Part shown: positions 12,161-27,082 of the stretch, piece after piece
Position numbering within the stretch: the stretch's first letter is position 1
How the letters are laid out: every line of letters starts with the position of its first letter
Made by a program: the position numbers and the translations under genes
Origin: the human T2T-CHM13v2.0 reference genome, Homo sapiens
Length of the DNA stretch: 64,000 nt
Direction: 5' to 3' (one strand)
Assembly: GCF_009914755.1 (NCBI RefSeq)
Contig: NC_060930.1
The notes under the pieces: model-generated
Database searches by the model: none
Seen by the model: the letters and a program-made list of their open reading frames with translations, nothing else
Told to the model about the DNA's origin: nothing

Positions 12161-12999
12161 CAAACACACACACCTCTTAAACATTCAAGGAAATTTCTTC
12201 CCCACTGGGAGACAAAGATGTATTCTAGTCTTGAAAGGCAACACACAAATACACTTGATCTTAAAAACTCAGATATAGAACATTTTTTCAGCAGTTGGTA
12301 GCGGGAGGGTAACATGATTTTAGAACTTTATTCTAGGGGAATTCTTATTCACAGCTAAAGAAGAAATGTACAGTCAAGTTCAAAGTTCTTCCCCCAGTTC
12401 TCAGCAGAGTCAAGACAAGGACCATTTACAACAATCCACACAACAAACGAGCATTCAGAAAAGGGTTCACCACTGTAGAAAATTACTCTTGTAGAGTTTT
12501 ATCATCTTAAAGCTGCCAACTTAATTTTCTTTTGAAACTAGAAGAAGAAGTGGTGATAACTTTTAATTGAGTGAAGCACACTGTTATTTGGAAAAAGACA
12601 ACGATAATTCACACACAGAATGCTCCTTGCTGGTGGGTGAAGGCCAGATTGCTGCAGTTGGACTTAGAACTCCACTTTCACATAGAACTTTGCTGACAGT
12701 AACTAATTAATGCCCACAAGGCTGCAGTGAAGCAAGGTAAAAAAAAATCCATCAGGTGCAGGAGTTAGTCATCCTCCTGACTGGTTTTATTTCTGTGTGT
12801 CCAATGATTCTCAGAATGACTGCTTTTCAGGCTACCAGCCATTTGAAAGGCAGTTGACTCACTGAGTTAAAAACTATTTAATGAGTGTCTACTTTGTGTC
12901 AAGCAGTATTGCTTGTGAGGAACAGGAAAGTGACAGAGACAGACATGACCTCTGCCACAGTACAAATTAGTAAGCAGTGTGCAAAGACATCTGTGGCTC

Positions 13000-13255
13000 A
13001 ACCACTTTTGGGTGGTAGTGGTTAGGAACATACACTTTGGAGCCAGAGAGCCTGGGTTCAAATCCCTGCTTCACCACTTACTAGCTGTGTAACCTTGGGC
13101 AAGTTACTTAACATTCTGTGCCTTAGTTTATTAGACTGTAAAATGAGGGTAATTACATTAACTTCCTCATGTGATTAAATGAGTTAAGATATGTGAAATG
13201 CTTAGAATAGTGTGTGGCACAGCAAGTACCGTAAAAATGTTTCTATTATTATCAT
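13000..13255 (+). mobile_element. MIR SINE
   Basis: cctgggttcaaatccctgcttcaccacttactagctgtgtaaccttgggcaagttacttaac core. Confidence 0.85.
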
Positions 13256-14267
13256 CATTACAGAGACCTTTGACAATGATCAGTTTCATATTCAATGTTT
13301 ATGGAAGAGTTTTGCTAAGGCATAAACTGGAGTTCCCTGCAAGGTCCATGGCAGTGAAACATGCTCACATCCATACCTCACAGCTCTGTTATTTTCTATT
13401 TGGCATGGACTCACAAATGATACTTGTGAATCTGGGGATTTATAAAAGACTCTAGATAAATTCCTCTGAAATGTCAAGGAGATGCTGGTCACTGACTTCT
13501 CTGTGAGTAGAAGAGCAGGCCAGTGTCTATCCCAACCTTAGTACAGAGCAGAAATAAATCTGCATCTGATAAGCCTTTTTTTTTGTACTCCTGGCAACTA
13601 GCATATGATAGATGGCCAATAAACTTATTCATTTACCATAACTGAAAAGGGGGCTGAGTTGCCAAAGTCACAGAGGTTGGGTGGAGCCAGAATTTGAACC
13701 ACATCTCCAACTCTATTGCCTATCATTCTTAAAATACCCCATGCAGTCTCTCAAGAGGACATCTTCATGTATTTACATAAAAGATGGTGACATGTGTTAG
13801 TATTGCCTGAATTCATATAGTTTTACGAGAAAAAGATACAGAACTATGTAGTTTTAAAATAACATTATCAAGTTAAAAAAAAAAGTTGTTTGGAAGAAGA
13901 TGTTTGGTAACAGAGTTCTTTAAGATCTCTGTAATTAAGACCTAGATGGGAAGTAAAGGGGCAGCAATCCTCCCTGACCTCATTTTCATACTCTTCATCA
14001 TCACTTCTACTGTATCTCAATCAGTGATAAAATTACAGGCTTATTTTTTAAGTGCTGTGATTATCAGTTATACTGTAATTATCTGTTTATCTGTCCACAT
14101 CCTATTAGGCTCTAAGCTCTTCAACGGCAGAACCTCTGGTGTTCCCATTTTATCGCTAGAGTGTCTGGATCTGTGCCTGACCAATTATTGATTGCTCATT
14201 GAAACTAAGAGTGAATGAATGAATAATGAGTGGATCAATGAATGAATGACTTTCTAGAGTTTCATAT

Positions 14268-14434
14268 CAATGGGCTCTCAAAACTGGTTGCATCTTAAAA
14301 TCACCTAACAGCTTTAAAATCAGGTTTTTGGGATCCAATCCTAGAAATTCTAATTCAATAGATGCTAGGAAATATCTTTTTGAAAAGATCGTTAGGTAAT
14401 TCTGGGAAACAGCCTGCTTTGGGAACCACTGCTA
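14268..14434. mobile_element. MER5-type hAT DNA transposon
   Basis: ctctcaaaactggttgcatcttaaaatcacct...tttgggaaccactgcta termini. Confidence 0.6.
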
Positions 14435-15276
14435 TATATATCAATTAAGTTTTGGACTCTTACTAAAATCCCCTGCCACCCTTTAATTTTTATCACCCAG
14501 ACGGTATCCATACACTGTATTACAGAGACAGAGCCTAGACTAGGATGATGGTCTCAAGGACAAGTTATTTTTTATTCCAACAAATTCTGCAGCAATTCCC
14601 TGTTTCCTCTAATTCCACCAGCTGGGGGGAGGGGATGCGCAGGTGGGGCGGGGGGCGGGGAGGTAATCATATTTTTTCAAACATCTCTCAAGCTGAAATA
14701 AAACCTCGTATCAAGATAGAGATCAGTTCTCATATTTTTCAAACACTGTGTGACATGGTACACATCACACATAACAAGCATACATTAATCCATCCTGCAC
14801 CTGATGGATTTTTTACCGGTAAGCTCTTTTTTGGGGGATGCTGTTGCAGAAATATTACTATCAGTAGAGGAGATCCATAACACCATTACTACCAGGAGTC
14901 AACAGTGGCCAAGTCTATAAAGCTCTGTGAGAACAAGGAACGTATCTGTCTTGCTCCTTGTAATCCCTAGTAGCTGTTCTTGGGACACAGAAAGGAATTT
15001 AGTAACTCCCTGTTTCATCATATTGAACTGGGGCAGTATGGAACACTGCTGACAGGCTGCTGCTGCTGCTGCTGCCAAATCAAATGTTTGGCCAAGGACA
15101 ATTCCATACATTCCTTGGAAGGAGGCAAGATGGGTGATAGGAAGAACCTGAACACTGGTTGAGAAACGTGGGCTCTGGCTCTATTATCATCAATCCTAAA
15201 CTGAGCTGCTTCCTATTATATTCGTTTCATTACCTAGACTACAGGACCTCAAGCTTTCTTCAAGTAAATACGGTAT

Positions 15277-15772
15277 CTATGGGAGGCAGAGTCTAAGATG
15301 CCCCCAAAGATCCTGGTACACCTGATACTCACACCCTTATGTAGTGCCCTTTCCCGATGAACCAGGGTTGTGTGTGTGACCAACAGAATAAAGCAAAAGG
15401 GATGGTACGTCGCTTCTGGGATTAGGTGATAACAGATGTTGTGGCTTCTATCTTGGTCAGCTGGCATGTTTCTGTCTGTGTTTCTAGGACCACTAGCTCT
15501 GGGGGAAGCCAGCTGCTATGCTGCAAACAGTCCTAGGGAGAGGACAATGTGGCAGGAAATAGGCCACCTGCCAACAGCCACCTGAATGAGCTCAGAAGCA
15601 GATCTTCTGGCCTGCTCAGCTTCAGATGAATGCAGCCTCATGAAAGACCCTGAGACAAAACCACCCAGGTAGGCCTTGCTGGGACTTCTGACCCTCAGAA
15701 AACGTGTGTGACAGTAAATGTTTCTGCATTTTAAGGTGGCAAATTTGGGGGTAATTTGTTAACAATAGATAA
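15277..15772 (+). mobile_element. MaLR LTR (MLT1E/F-like)
   Basis: gggaggcagagtctaagatgccccc start; ctgaccctcagaaaacgtg...ggggtaatttgttaacaatagataa end. Confidence 0.75.
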
Positions 15773-16377
15773 AAGCCTTAGAAATTAACAAGGTCAGTGG
15801 GGCTGGAAGAAGAGGTTCTTACAAGACAACTCTACTTCCCCTTGCTAGCCTTCCTTTTGGTTACCACACATAATTAAGGCACCAATTACAAGCACGGCCT
15901 AATAAAATATAAACCCTCCCCCTCGATTTAACTGGAACTGGGAAGAGAAGTGAAAAGGCTTATTATCTAAAGTATAGAATTTGGTTAGGAAAACAATACA
16001 ACACTTTTGTTACTAGCCTGAGACAAGGGATCTAACATTTACTAAGAGCCTACTACGTAGCTGGCTTTTCAAAGACTCACTAAGGAAATATCCCTATTTT
16101 CTAGACGAGGAAACTAAAGTTCAGAGATCTTAAGTAGTTAACTCTAGGTTTATATGGCTTAGGGTAGGCAACTGTTCTGTTTTTCTTGGGGGATTTCCCG
16201 GGATGTAAGGCTTTCAGTGCTAAAATCAAAAAATTTTCGGGCACACTGGGAAGACTTAATCACATTACTTACTGTTAAGTAGCTCACAAAGTTAAGTTAC
16301 TTAAATTTGTAGTTGGTCCAAAACTTGTGCTCTTTACAATTATCACAAGTTGATTTTTTTGTTGATGTTGTTAATTT

Positions 16378-16498
16378 GGAGACAGGGTCTCGCTCTGTTC
16401 CCAGGCTGGTCTGGTTTTCAACTCCAGGGCTCAAGCAATCTGCCTGCCTTGGCCTCCCAAAGTGCTAGGATTACGGGAGTGAGCCACTGCACCCAGCC
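16378..16498 (-). mobile_element. Alu monomer (FLAM-like)
   Basis: Single left-arm-like Alu unit, ctcccaaagtgctaggattac...cccagcc. Confidence 0.85.
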
Positions 16499-17059
16499 AA
16501 TCACACAGTTGATTTTTAAAAGTACATCTTAAAGCTATTATTTGGCAGCTTATGATCTGCAACAAATTTCGAACTGTTACCTACTAAAAAGAAAACCACA
16601 AACCCCTCCAGACTTTATCTCACAATACACACAGAAAAGACCGTTGGTTTTTTCTGTGAAAGGGTAAATAATTGCTATTCATATGATACATACTAGCATG
16701 GAAATTTTTCAGCTTAAAGGATTCTGCAAATTTCTGTTCCAAAATAGCAACTGAGTCCACAAACGACACTGGTAACTCCCCTCTGTACCTCAACAGACTC
16801 TCCAGTGTGGCTAAATGAGCTGACAGGTGACTGGGTGGGCTCTTCACAGAACTTCACATCAAGTCTGGTGCTCTGGCAGGAGAGGTAGGCAGTTACACAA
16901 TTTTCTCTTCCACAAAAGCCTAGAGACAGCCAACTGACACCACTGGAAACTTCAACATAAACAGCGCTCCTGTGGCTGTCCTACCTGGTAGGTAAGCAAG
17001 GCAGTGTTGCCAAAACAGCTCTTTTTAAAAAAAGACCCATGTAATAACCACTGGGGTAG

Positions 17060-18500
17060 CTATAATCATAAAAACAGAAAATAACAAATACTGGCCAAGT
17101 AGATGGAGAAAGTGAAATACTCAGGCGCTTGCTGTTGGCGGGACTGTCAAATGGTACATCTGCTGTGGAAAATAGTTTGGCAAGTCTTCAAAAAGTGAAA
17201 CACAGAATTACCATATGACCCAGCAATTCCACTCCTAGGTATATACCCAAAGAAATGAAAACACACATTCACTCTAAAACCTGTACACAAATATTCATAG
17301 TAACATTATTTATAACAGTCAAAAAGTAAAAACAACCCAAAAGTCGATCAACTGATTAATTAATAAACAAAATGTTGTACATTCATACAATGGAATGTTA
17401 TTTGGCCATTAAAAGGAAGACAGTACTGACATTTGCTATATCATGAATGAATCTGGAAAACATTATGCAAAGTGGAAGATGCCAGACACAAAAGGCCACA
17501 GATGATTCAATTCATATGAAATGTCCAGAATAGGCAGATCCATCAGTGGTTGCCAGGGGCTGGGGAAACGAAGGAATGGGAAGTGACCGATACTGTTTAT
17601 GATGTTTCTTTCTAAGGTAATGACAATGCTCTGCAATTAGATATACTTAAAAATTAAAAATAACTTTAAGAAAAGGAGAGGTACTTTAAAAAAAGGTTTA
17701 ATATTTTATACACTCAAGCCTACTGCTAGCAATCTACACTAAGGAAATACAAGCAGATGTGCACTAAGATTGACTTATGATTGTCATCAGTGATATTTGT
17801 AACAAAAACTGAAAGGTGGTTAGCCTTCAAGTATCCATCTAGAAGTAACCTTCTAGATGAAACCTTCCGTAACCTAGAAGTAACCTTCTGCTACAGAAAT
17901 TATAGTATAGGAATATAATTAAATATCATGCCATAATTCAAATGAAGCTATTGGGCATTTATTTTAGAGAAATGAAAACTTTATGTTCATATAAAAACCT
18001 GTACACGAATGTTCACAGCAGCTTTATTCTAGCTAGAAACTAGAAACAAACAAGATACTCTCCAACAGGTGAATTGTTAAAACAAACCATGGTATATCCA
18101 CACCACGGAACGTTACTCAGCAATAAAGAACAAACCTGATACATTCAACAACCTGAATGAATCTCTAAAGAATTAAGCTAAGTGAAAAGGGCCATCCATT
18201 TATAAAACACTTTTGAAATGACAGAACTATAAAGATAGAAAAGAGATTAACAAATTGCCTGGGGTTACAAAGGGTGTGAAGGCAGGATGGAAGAGGATGT
18301 GGTTATGAAGGCCACATGTGCTGATAGCAATGTTGTGTATCTGGACCGTACTAATGTCAGTATGCTGGTTGTGATATTGTGCTGCAGTCCTGTACAATGT
18401 TACCACTGGGGGAAACAGGGTAGAGAGTACTTGGGATCTCTGTATTATTTCTTACAACTGCATATGAATCTACAATTCTCTCAAAAAGTTCAATTTTTTT
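17060..18500 (+). mobile_element. Old L1M (L1MB/MC/ME-like) 3' fragments
   Basis: ttaccatatgacccagcaattccactcctaggtatatacccaaagaaatgaaaaca and other L1 ORF2-end / 3'UTR motifs, in at least two pieces. Confidence 0.8.
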
Positions 18501-19125
18501 AAAAAATCTACGACCATGAGAAAAACAAACTAGGCTGAGCATTTGATTTTTTAAAAATTCAATCAACTTCCCCAACCCAATCACATGTGGTGGTGACTTT
18601 TTTGGCACCTGTAACTGTAAAGGAAGGTTTATGTTGGAAAGGAATAGTCTGAACTATGACTCCATTCACAAAAGTTTAAGACTTTACCTAAATGCAGGTG
18701 TTTCAAATACTCATTTTCACAGTGGTCTGATGAAGCTTCCCAGTAAACATTTTCTTATTCAGACTACTCAGGTGATGGGGATACTGTTTTGATCAACCCA
18801 ATGATCTAATTAACTTCGAGGAATCATACATCTCACAAAGAGGCCCGCTGTCAAACAGTAAGAAAATCATGAAAGATACCAAATAAAATCCTCCTGATTA
18901 AAATGTAATCTTTGATGATTCAGAGGCATTTTGTGATCCTGAGGTATCTCAGAGTCAGAATTATAAATGCCAAATCTCACTTTACAATACTGTAGATGAG
19001 CAGGCACAGATAATTGGGATAAAAGTTTATAAATTTATTATGACTCTACTGCTTTATATAAGTTCCTGCAATTAGTTTCCTTGCCATTTTCCTTTTAATA
19101 CATGGTACATAGAAAACTTAGTTTT

Positions 19126-19418
19126 ATTTCATTTCTAAGATATGACATCACTCTGTCTCCCAGGCTAGAGTGCAGTGGCACAATGATGGCTCACTGCAGC
19201 CTCAACCTCCCGGGCTCTTGCAATCCTCCCACCTCAGCCTCCTGAGTAGCTTGGGACTACAGGCATGTGCCACCACTCCCAGCTAATTAAAAAAAAAAAT
19301 GTAGAGAAGGAGTCTCGCTGTGTTGCCCAGGCTGGTCTTGAACTCCTGGGCTCAAGCAATCCTCTCGCCTCAGCCTCCCAAAGTGCTGGGATTACAGGCA
19401 TGAGCCACCATGCCTGGC
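19126..19418 (-). mobile_element. AluJ
   Basis: Dimeric Alu with J-type gggctcaagcaatcctc; TSD aaaacttagtttt at ~19113 and ~19421. Confidence 0.92.
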
Positions 19419-20789
19419 TAAAAACTTAGTTTTAGACTGTCAGATTCCAGATGTTTTTGAAAATGAAAAATAATAAAAGTTTACCATATTATAAAAACAA
19501 AAAAACTGTGCTTTCTTCCATCTTTTGGATCATTTTCTTATCAATGCACTGAGAAGCAAAAAAGGGTTAAGCAGCACTTTTACAATGTGCAGTCACTATG
19601 TGACTATAGCTTACTGAAGAGTGATGCCACCACGCTTGTGCTCTGCTCTGGGCTTTTTGCTGCCTGCCATTAGCAAAGAGCTGTTCAACCCCCACAGCTC
19701 TTCAGAGCACAGTGGATGTTTCCCAGAAAAGGCTGAGGTGACGTCTTCTGTAACCCTCCTTGGAAATTATCCAGCAAGATTAGATCTCTTCTTGGCAATG
19801 CTTTTCTTCTTTTCACCAAGTGCTACATTCAACAAATGAGCCACTGTGTTTAAAACCTCCTTGATAATCACTAAAGGTGAAATATTGAGAATTGGGTCCT
19901 AAGGTGATTACATTTTAGTGGAACTGCAAGGATTTTAGCAAGTCATGTTAATGTAACTGAATATTCCGACTGGCTAATATGATTTTTCCTTCATTTCAAT
20001 TCTCTGTAAGTACCAAAATTCAACTCTAGGCTGTCATAGAGCCATTTAGCTGTAACAAAACGAAGGAAAGCCAGTGATCAAATTAACATGAAGTCAGTTA
20101 GGTGCCCACCTACAGCCAGAACACCAAGGGAGAGACACCAACAGGTTCCAAAATGAAAATTAAGGACAGAGTGAAGGAGAAACAAATACCTATTCCTGTA
20201 TAGAAATTATAGAAATGCATTCCTGGAGAAGTCAATCATATGAAAATTTTAGGAAAAGAACTGAGATTGTAAAATGGCATATATAATCGTTTAACAATAT
20301 GCCTTTACTGAGCACCAAATGTGTAAGGCACTATGGCAAGTGGTAGGGACAGAGAACCTGGTCCTTTCCCTTCAGCTCAGAAATCTAGCTATTCCTCCAG
20401 TCATGACCCATATTTTCAGTTCACTTCAAAACACAGAAATTGATGTCTTATGTCATAATTTGAGTGAAAAAAATAAAATTAAAAAGAAAAAAAAATCAGC
20501 ACAAACTAACAACAGCTTAACACACACCCACCCTTGAAAGGCAAGAACATTTTACTGGTCAGGAGCTAGGGGATGGATATAAAATAGTACATAATATCCT
20601 ACTTTGATTTGGAAAAGCTATCACATATTTCCTATGCAAAATCCAATGAAAACAATTATTTGAAGAAAATTAATGTAACTACAGAAGCAGTGACATGTTT
20701 AAAATGTATTATGTTTTTCTCCAATGATTTTTTTCACATACATGAACAATTTAATAAATTGCAACTGGGTTGGAGAAGAAAAGGAGAGG

Positions 20790-21167
20790 GTCTTGGCCAG
20801 CTTGTGCTGCTATAAAGAAAATAGCACATGCTGCTAGATTAAACAACATTTACTTCTCAGGGTTCTGGAGGCTAGGAAGTCCATGATCAAGGTGCCAGCA
20901 AATTAGGCTCCTGGTAAGGGTCCTCTTCCTGGCTTCAGATGGCTGTATCCTCCTGGGGACTTGGGGACATGGGGATGGGTAGAGAGAGTACTGGTCCCTC
21001 TTCCTCCTATAAAAATACTGATCCCATCATAGGGACTCCACCCTCATGACCTCATCTAAACTTAATTACCTCCCAAAGGCCCCACCCTTCTAATAGCATC
21101 ACTTTGGGGGTTAGGGTTTCAAAATATGAATTGAGAGTGGGGGGACACAAACCTTCGGTCCATAACA
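20790..21167 (-). mobile_element. MaLR LTR (MLT1A/B-like)
   Basis: ttctggaggctaggaagtccatgatcaaggtgccagca...cacaaaccttcggtccataaca. Confidence 0.8.
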
Positions 21168-23067
21168 GAGAAGCAGTTTTCCATTTAAGAGATAAACGAA
21201 TGACTGTTTACAGAGTCTAAAGAAAATTGACACTTTTAAAAAACCTAGTATCTAAGATGAATCATTTTCATTCATATAGTCAAGTTATCAAAACACATAA
21301 TCTCCACTTTATGAAAGGGTTGTACTATTGTAAATTAGTCATCTGGCCTTTGGAAAATAATTTTTTGGAGAAATGTTATATTAGTTGTTCTTAAATTTCC
21401 GGGGGTTCCATATCAATTGTGAAAATCTGATTAAAGCAAAAGGGAAATTCTCTCCATCTCAAAATGACAGAGAGTTTGGATTAAACTGACTGACATTTAC
21501 AGGGTCGCCCAAATCCCAGTAGTCCCCAAGTTAAAAACCCTAGCTGTCAGTGGAGGACAGATCTCCAGACCAGCCCTAAAATACTTTACTTAACTCATAA
21601 TGAAGTGGCAGCAATAGGACTAGATTCTCACCATTTCTATGAGAAAGATGTAATCTGTAATATGCATAATTTCAGTTAGAGTTCTCTAGGCTCTGAAACT
21701 ATACTGTAATAGCATACACTGTAATATTACCTTGGGCAAGCTGCTAAAACTATATAGACCTCAGTTTCCCAACTCATAAACATGGGGACAATAATGCTTA
21801 TACCTCATGGAGTTGCTGTGAGGATTAAATGAGATAATAAAATTGTATGAAGTGCTTGGCATAATGCACAAACACCTCAATTCGTGGCAGCTATTTTTAT
21901 CATCATCAGAAGCACACATTCATCAAACATACATTTAACACACTGTCACAGGCACTGGAGACACAGAAATCCACAAGACCACAAATCTGCCTTCAGAAAG
22001 GTCAAAAGTCTCTAGCAAGGGAAGGAGAAACAGTAAATAACTGTAATAAAGTGATCTATGTGCCATGACAAGGTATGTACAGGAGAAAAGGATGGGTAGG
22101 GGTGGGGGGATTAATACAGAGCAGTCAATTCTGTATGGGGACCAGTGGGTCAGGTGAAGCTCTGCAAAGAGAGTAATATTTAAGGCTTGCTAGTGGGGAT
22201 CAGACAGAAGGCAGAGATGAAAAAGTGAAAAACAATGTTGGAGAAGGAGGTAAGAGCTCCAGAGTTTGTTTTTAAACTGGGGGGTTGGTAAAGAAGGGGT
22301 GACAGTTGGGGCGAGAGGCTGAAAAGAGGGTGAGATCAGCATCAGGTTGGTTAAAAAAACGACTGCAAGAGTCCAGATGAGAGATGGGGGCCCTCCAAAG
22401 GCACAGCAGGAGAGGGAATGCAGGGGTCACATGGGAGAGATGTCCAGGGTGGGCAAGGTGAGGGAGAGGGGGGAGTCCAAGCTCTTGGCTTCTCACACTG
22501 GAGGGGGGTGCCATGTAGTGAGTGAGGAAGCATGGGGGCTGCGGGTGTGTGAGGGGTGGCAAGCAGACTGCAAGAAGAGAATATGGAAAGTTCTGTTCAC
22601 CTAGACCTTCACTTTACTAATTTTATTAATAAATTGATTATAGTCTCGTGTATGTTTCATAACCTGTTCGATTAGGAGGCATGTCATATAGTTTGAATTA
22701 GTGGAGTGCAAGTTAGTGGAAATTCACTGTACTGACATGTTCTCTTACAGGGAAAAATAAGAAAGATAAATTGTACATTAAGTTCATAGTATTAAATGTA
22801 AGAAGTTCATCCTTAAGCTAGGACCTAACCCACACATTTGTTTAGGGACTCATGTATTCCTGCTGTCCTAAGAAAACATTAAGCCAGCTATGCTCAAACA
22901 TGAATTACACACTTCAGGAGGTTGAATTATTTAGCAAATTGCTATTTCCTTCACTAAATGGTCTGCTAATGACTGAATGCTTATAAGGAAGCTTTCCAAA
23001 GTGATTTCTCTCATCCCATTAACGTCTCTCCAAGAGAACCAGATAACCATTTAAAAACCTAATCCAG

Positions 23068-23617
23068 TTATAAATCATGCTGCTGTAAAGACACATGCAC
23101 ACGTATGTTTATTGTGGCACTATTCACGATAGCAAAGACCTGGAACCAACCCAAATGTCCAACAACGATAGACTGGATTAAGAAAATGTGGCACATATAC
23201 ACCATGGAATACTATGCGGCCATAAAAATGATGAGTCCATGTCCTTTGTAGGGACATAGATGAAACTGGAAACCATCATTCTCAGCAAACTATCGCAAGG
23301 ACAAAAAAACCAAACACTGCATGTTCTCACTCATGGGTGGGAACTGAACAATGAGAACACATGGACATAGGAAGGGGAGCGTCACACCACGGGGACTGTT
23401 GTGGGGTCGGGGGAGGAGGGAGGGATAGCATTAGGAGATATGCCTGATGCTAGATGATGGGTTAATGGGTGCAGCATACCAGCATGGCACGTGTATACAT
23501 ATGTAACAAGCCTGCACATTGTGCACATGTACCCTAAAACTTAAAGTATAATAATAATAAAATTTTAAAAAAAGATGAGAACAAAAAAAAATTAAAAAAA
23601 ATAAAATAAAATAAAAT
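23068..23617 (+). mobile_element. 5'-truncated primate L1PA 3' end
   Basis: L1PA ORF2 end, 3'UTR and A-rich tail; TSD aaaaacctaatcc at 23053-23065 and 23618-23630. Confidence 0.95.
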
Positions 23618-24292
23618 AAAAACCTAATCCCGCCCACTATTTCAAATGATGGATTTTTCCCCCTTATTTTCAAGTCCTTTTCTTTGCAGAACATAATAAT
23701 GATAATAGCAACTAATACTCACTCTATCCTTACTATGTGCCAGTCTTTCTGCTGTATATTTACAAGGATAATCTCAGTCCTCATGCCAGCCCTCTCACAG
23801 ATGAGTCCACCCAGGCAGACAGCCACTGTCACTTGTCCAAGGTTACACTGAGAGGAGGCCAACTGACTCCAGAGCCTACTCTTTGAACCACTACATTCTA
23901 CTGCCTCCCCACGTTACAATAAATTTTTTTCTATAGTAAAATGATGTTTCCTATAGAAAATATGGAAAGTAGAGAAAAAATATCTGTCTCATTTTGAAGT
24001 AAAAACAAAAAGCTACCAAGAGTATAGCTGAATCCACGTTAACCCTTCTACCATCTATGATTAAGTGGAGTGATCCTGGGCGAGTACATGTCTGAAAACC
24101 TCAATCTCCTCACCTGGAATATTCTCTTCAAATGGGAATAACATGAATACCTAATCAGATGAGATGGTTCATGTACAGCATTTAGCATGGAGCTTTGCTA
24201 TTAGCATATATAAATTTACATAAATATATTTACATAAGTAAACATAATTTTATTTCTTCTACCTTTTTCTATGCTTTAAAAAAGCACATACT

Positions 24293-24521
24293 TCCAGCCT
24301 GGGCAAAACGGTGAGACCCCGCCCCATCTCTACAAAAACTACAAAAAATTAGCTGGGAGTGGTGGTGCACACCTGTGGCTGCAGCTACTCAGAAGGCTGA
24401 GGTGAGAGGATGGCTTGAGCCCAGGCGGTGCTGGCTGCAGTGAGCTGTGACTGCGCTACTGCACTCCACCCTGGGCAAAAAATTGAGACCCTGTCTCAAA
24501 AAGATAAAAATAAAATAAAAC
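24293..24521 (+). mobile_element. 5'-truncated AluJ
   Basis: Starts mid left arm; TSD aaaaaagcacatact at 24278-24292 and 24522-24536. Confidence 0.9.
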
Positions 24522-24584
24522 AAAAAAGCACATACTCGTAAGCTTAAATTTCAACACTAAAGCAGTCATTTTCCTTTTTTTCAA

Positions 24585-25270
<686 letters not shown>

Positions 25271-25763
25271 ATGCTCTCCTCCCTAGGGTTACTTTAGACA
25301 TTCAGTTTTAAAAAATGTATATGGATGTTGGCTTTATTTCTCATTTAGAATATAATTAATATTCCCTATTTCCTTCTTGATTGGTCCCAAATTCCTTTCT
25401 TCCATCCAACTTCCTTTTCTTTCCACAACATGCCTGTTCATTTGGTTCATCTGGAGTTCTCATTTAGTTCACTGCACTGTGCTGGTTCGGTATAATGAGA
25501 TCAGTTCAGGGCTAGGGCCCTCTCTTGAACTTATATTTCAATATATTACTCAAACCCTGCTCTCCTCTATTTTAATTGTGTGCAGCCCTTTGTCATCTTT
25601 GTAAACACTTTATATTTTCAGAGTACTCTCATATTATCTGGTTTGATCCTTGGAAATGTGTAAGTAAGACGAAGGTTTGGTTTTAATCCTATGTATCTAC
25701 CAGGTTTATATATTTGCCCAAGTCACATAGAGATGAAGCTAGATTGATTATAACTCATATTTC

Positions 25764-26057
<294 letters not shown>

Positions 26058-26073
26058 CCACCCCACATTTCTT

Positions 26074-26355
26074 TTTTTTCTTTTTTTGAGACATAGTTGC
26101 GCTCTGTCGCCCAGGCTGGAGTGCAGTGGCGCGATCTCGGCTCACTGCAAGCTCCTCCCCCTGGGTTCATGCCATTCTCCTGCCTCAGCCTCCGAGTAGC
26201 TGGGACTACAAGCGCCCACCACCGCGCCTGGCTAATTTTTTGTATTTTTAGTAGAAATGGGGTTTCACCATGGTCTCGATCTCCTGACCTCGTGATCCAC
26301 CCACCTCGGCCTCCCAAAGTGCTGGGATTACAGGCGTGAGCCACCACACCCGGCC
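26074..26355 (-). mobile_element. AluY, Yd-lineage (12-bp deletion)
   Basis: ggtttcacca^tggtctcgatctcc; TSD accccacatttctt at 26060-26073 and 26359-26372. Confidence 0.92.
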
Positions 26356-26692
26356 AAAACCCCACATTTCTTAACTTTTGTTCCAGTGTCTTTTCTACTA
26401 TGCTAGGACATAGCATAGTAGAAAAGGCTTCCTTCCACAGAATATCAGGCCCCACCTCTTACTAGTCCCACCCAATCATATATTGAATTGCAGGCAGCCT
26501 TAAAAAGTTCTTAGGACTGAAAAAACAAACCATCTCTAGTATTCGCTGTAATTACCAGAAATTAACTCCTTAGAAACCGGCTTATTATCCCAATGTTTAT
26601 TTTTTTTAAATGACTGAAAATATGCACTTTAAAAACAGGATTCTTGAATTCATTTAAACTACTGTCTTGCAGTAAGGTGGCCAGAAGGATCA

Positions 26693-26830
<138 letters not shown>

Positions 26831-26899
26831 TCACCAGACAAGAGATCCCTGCCTTCTTCCTTACGTAAGATGTTCTGTTGGGTATGAAGCAAGAGGTCA

Positions 26900-27082
<183 letters not shown>

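Noticed and set aside
10229-12315. Cluster of long overlapping ORFs (up to 196 aa)
   Set aside because: All arise from SVA SINE-R, VNTR, Alu-like and hexamer low-complexity sequence; not genes.
15055-15075. (CTG)6 tract, and (GCC)4 in exon 1, as disease-type repeat expansions
   Set aside because: Far too short; ordinary microsatellites.
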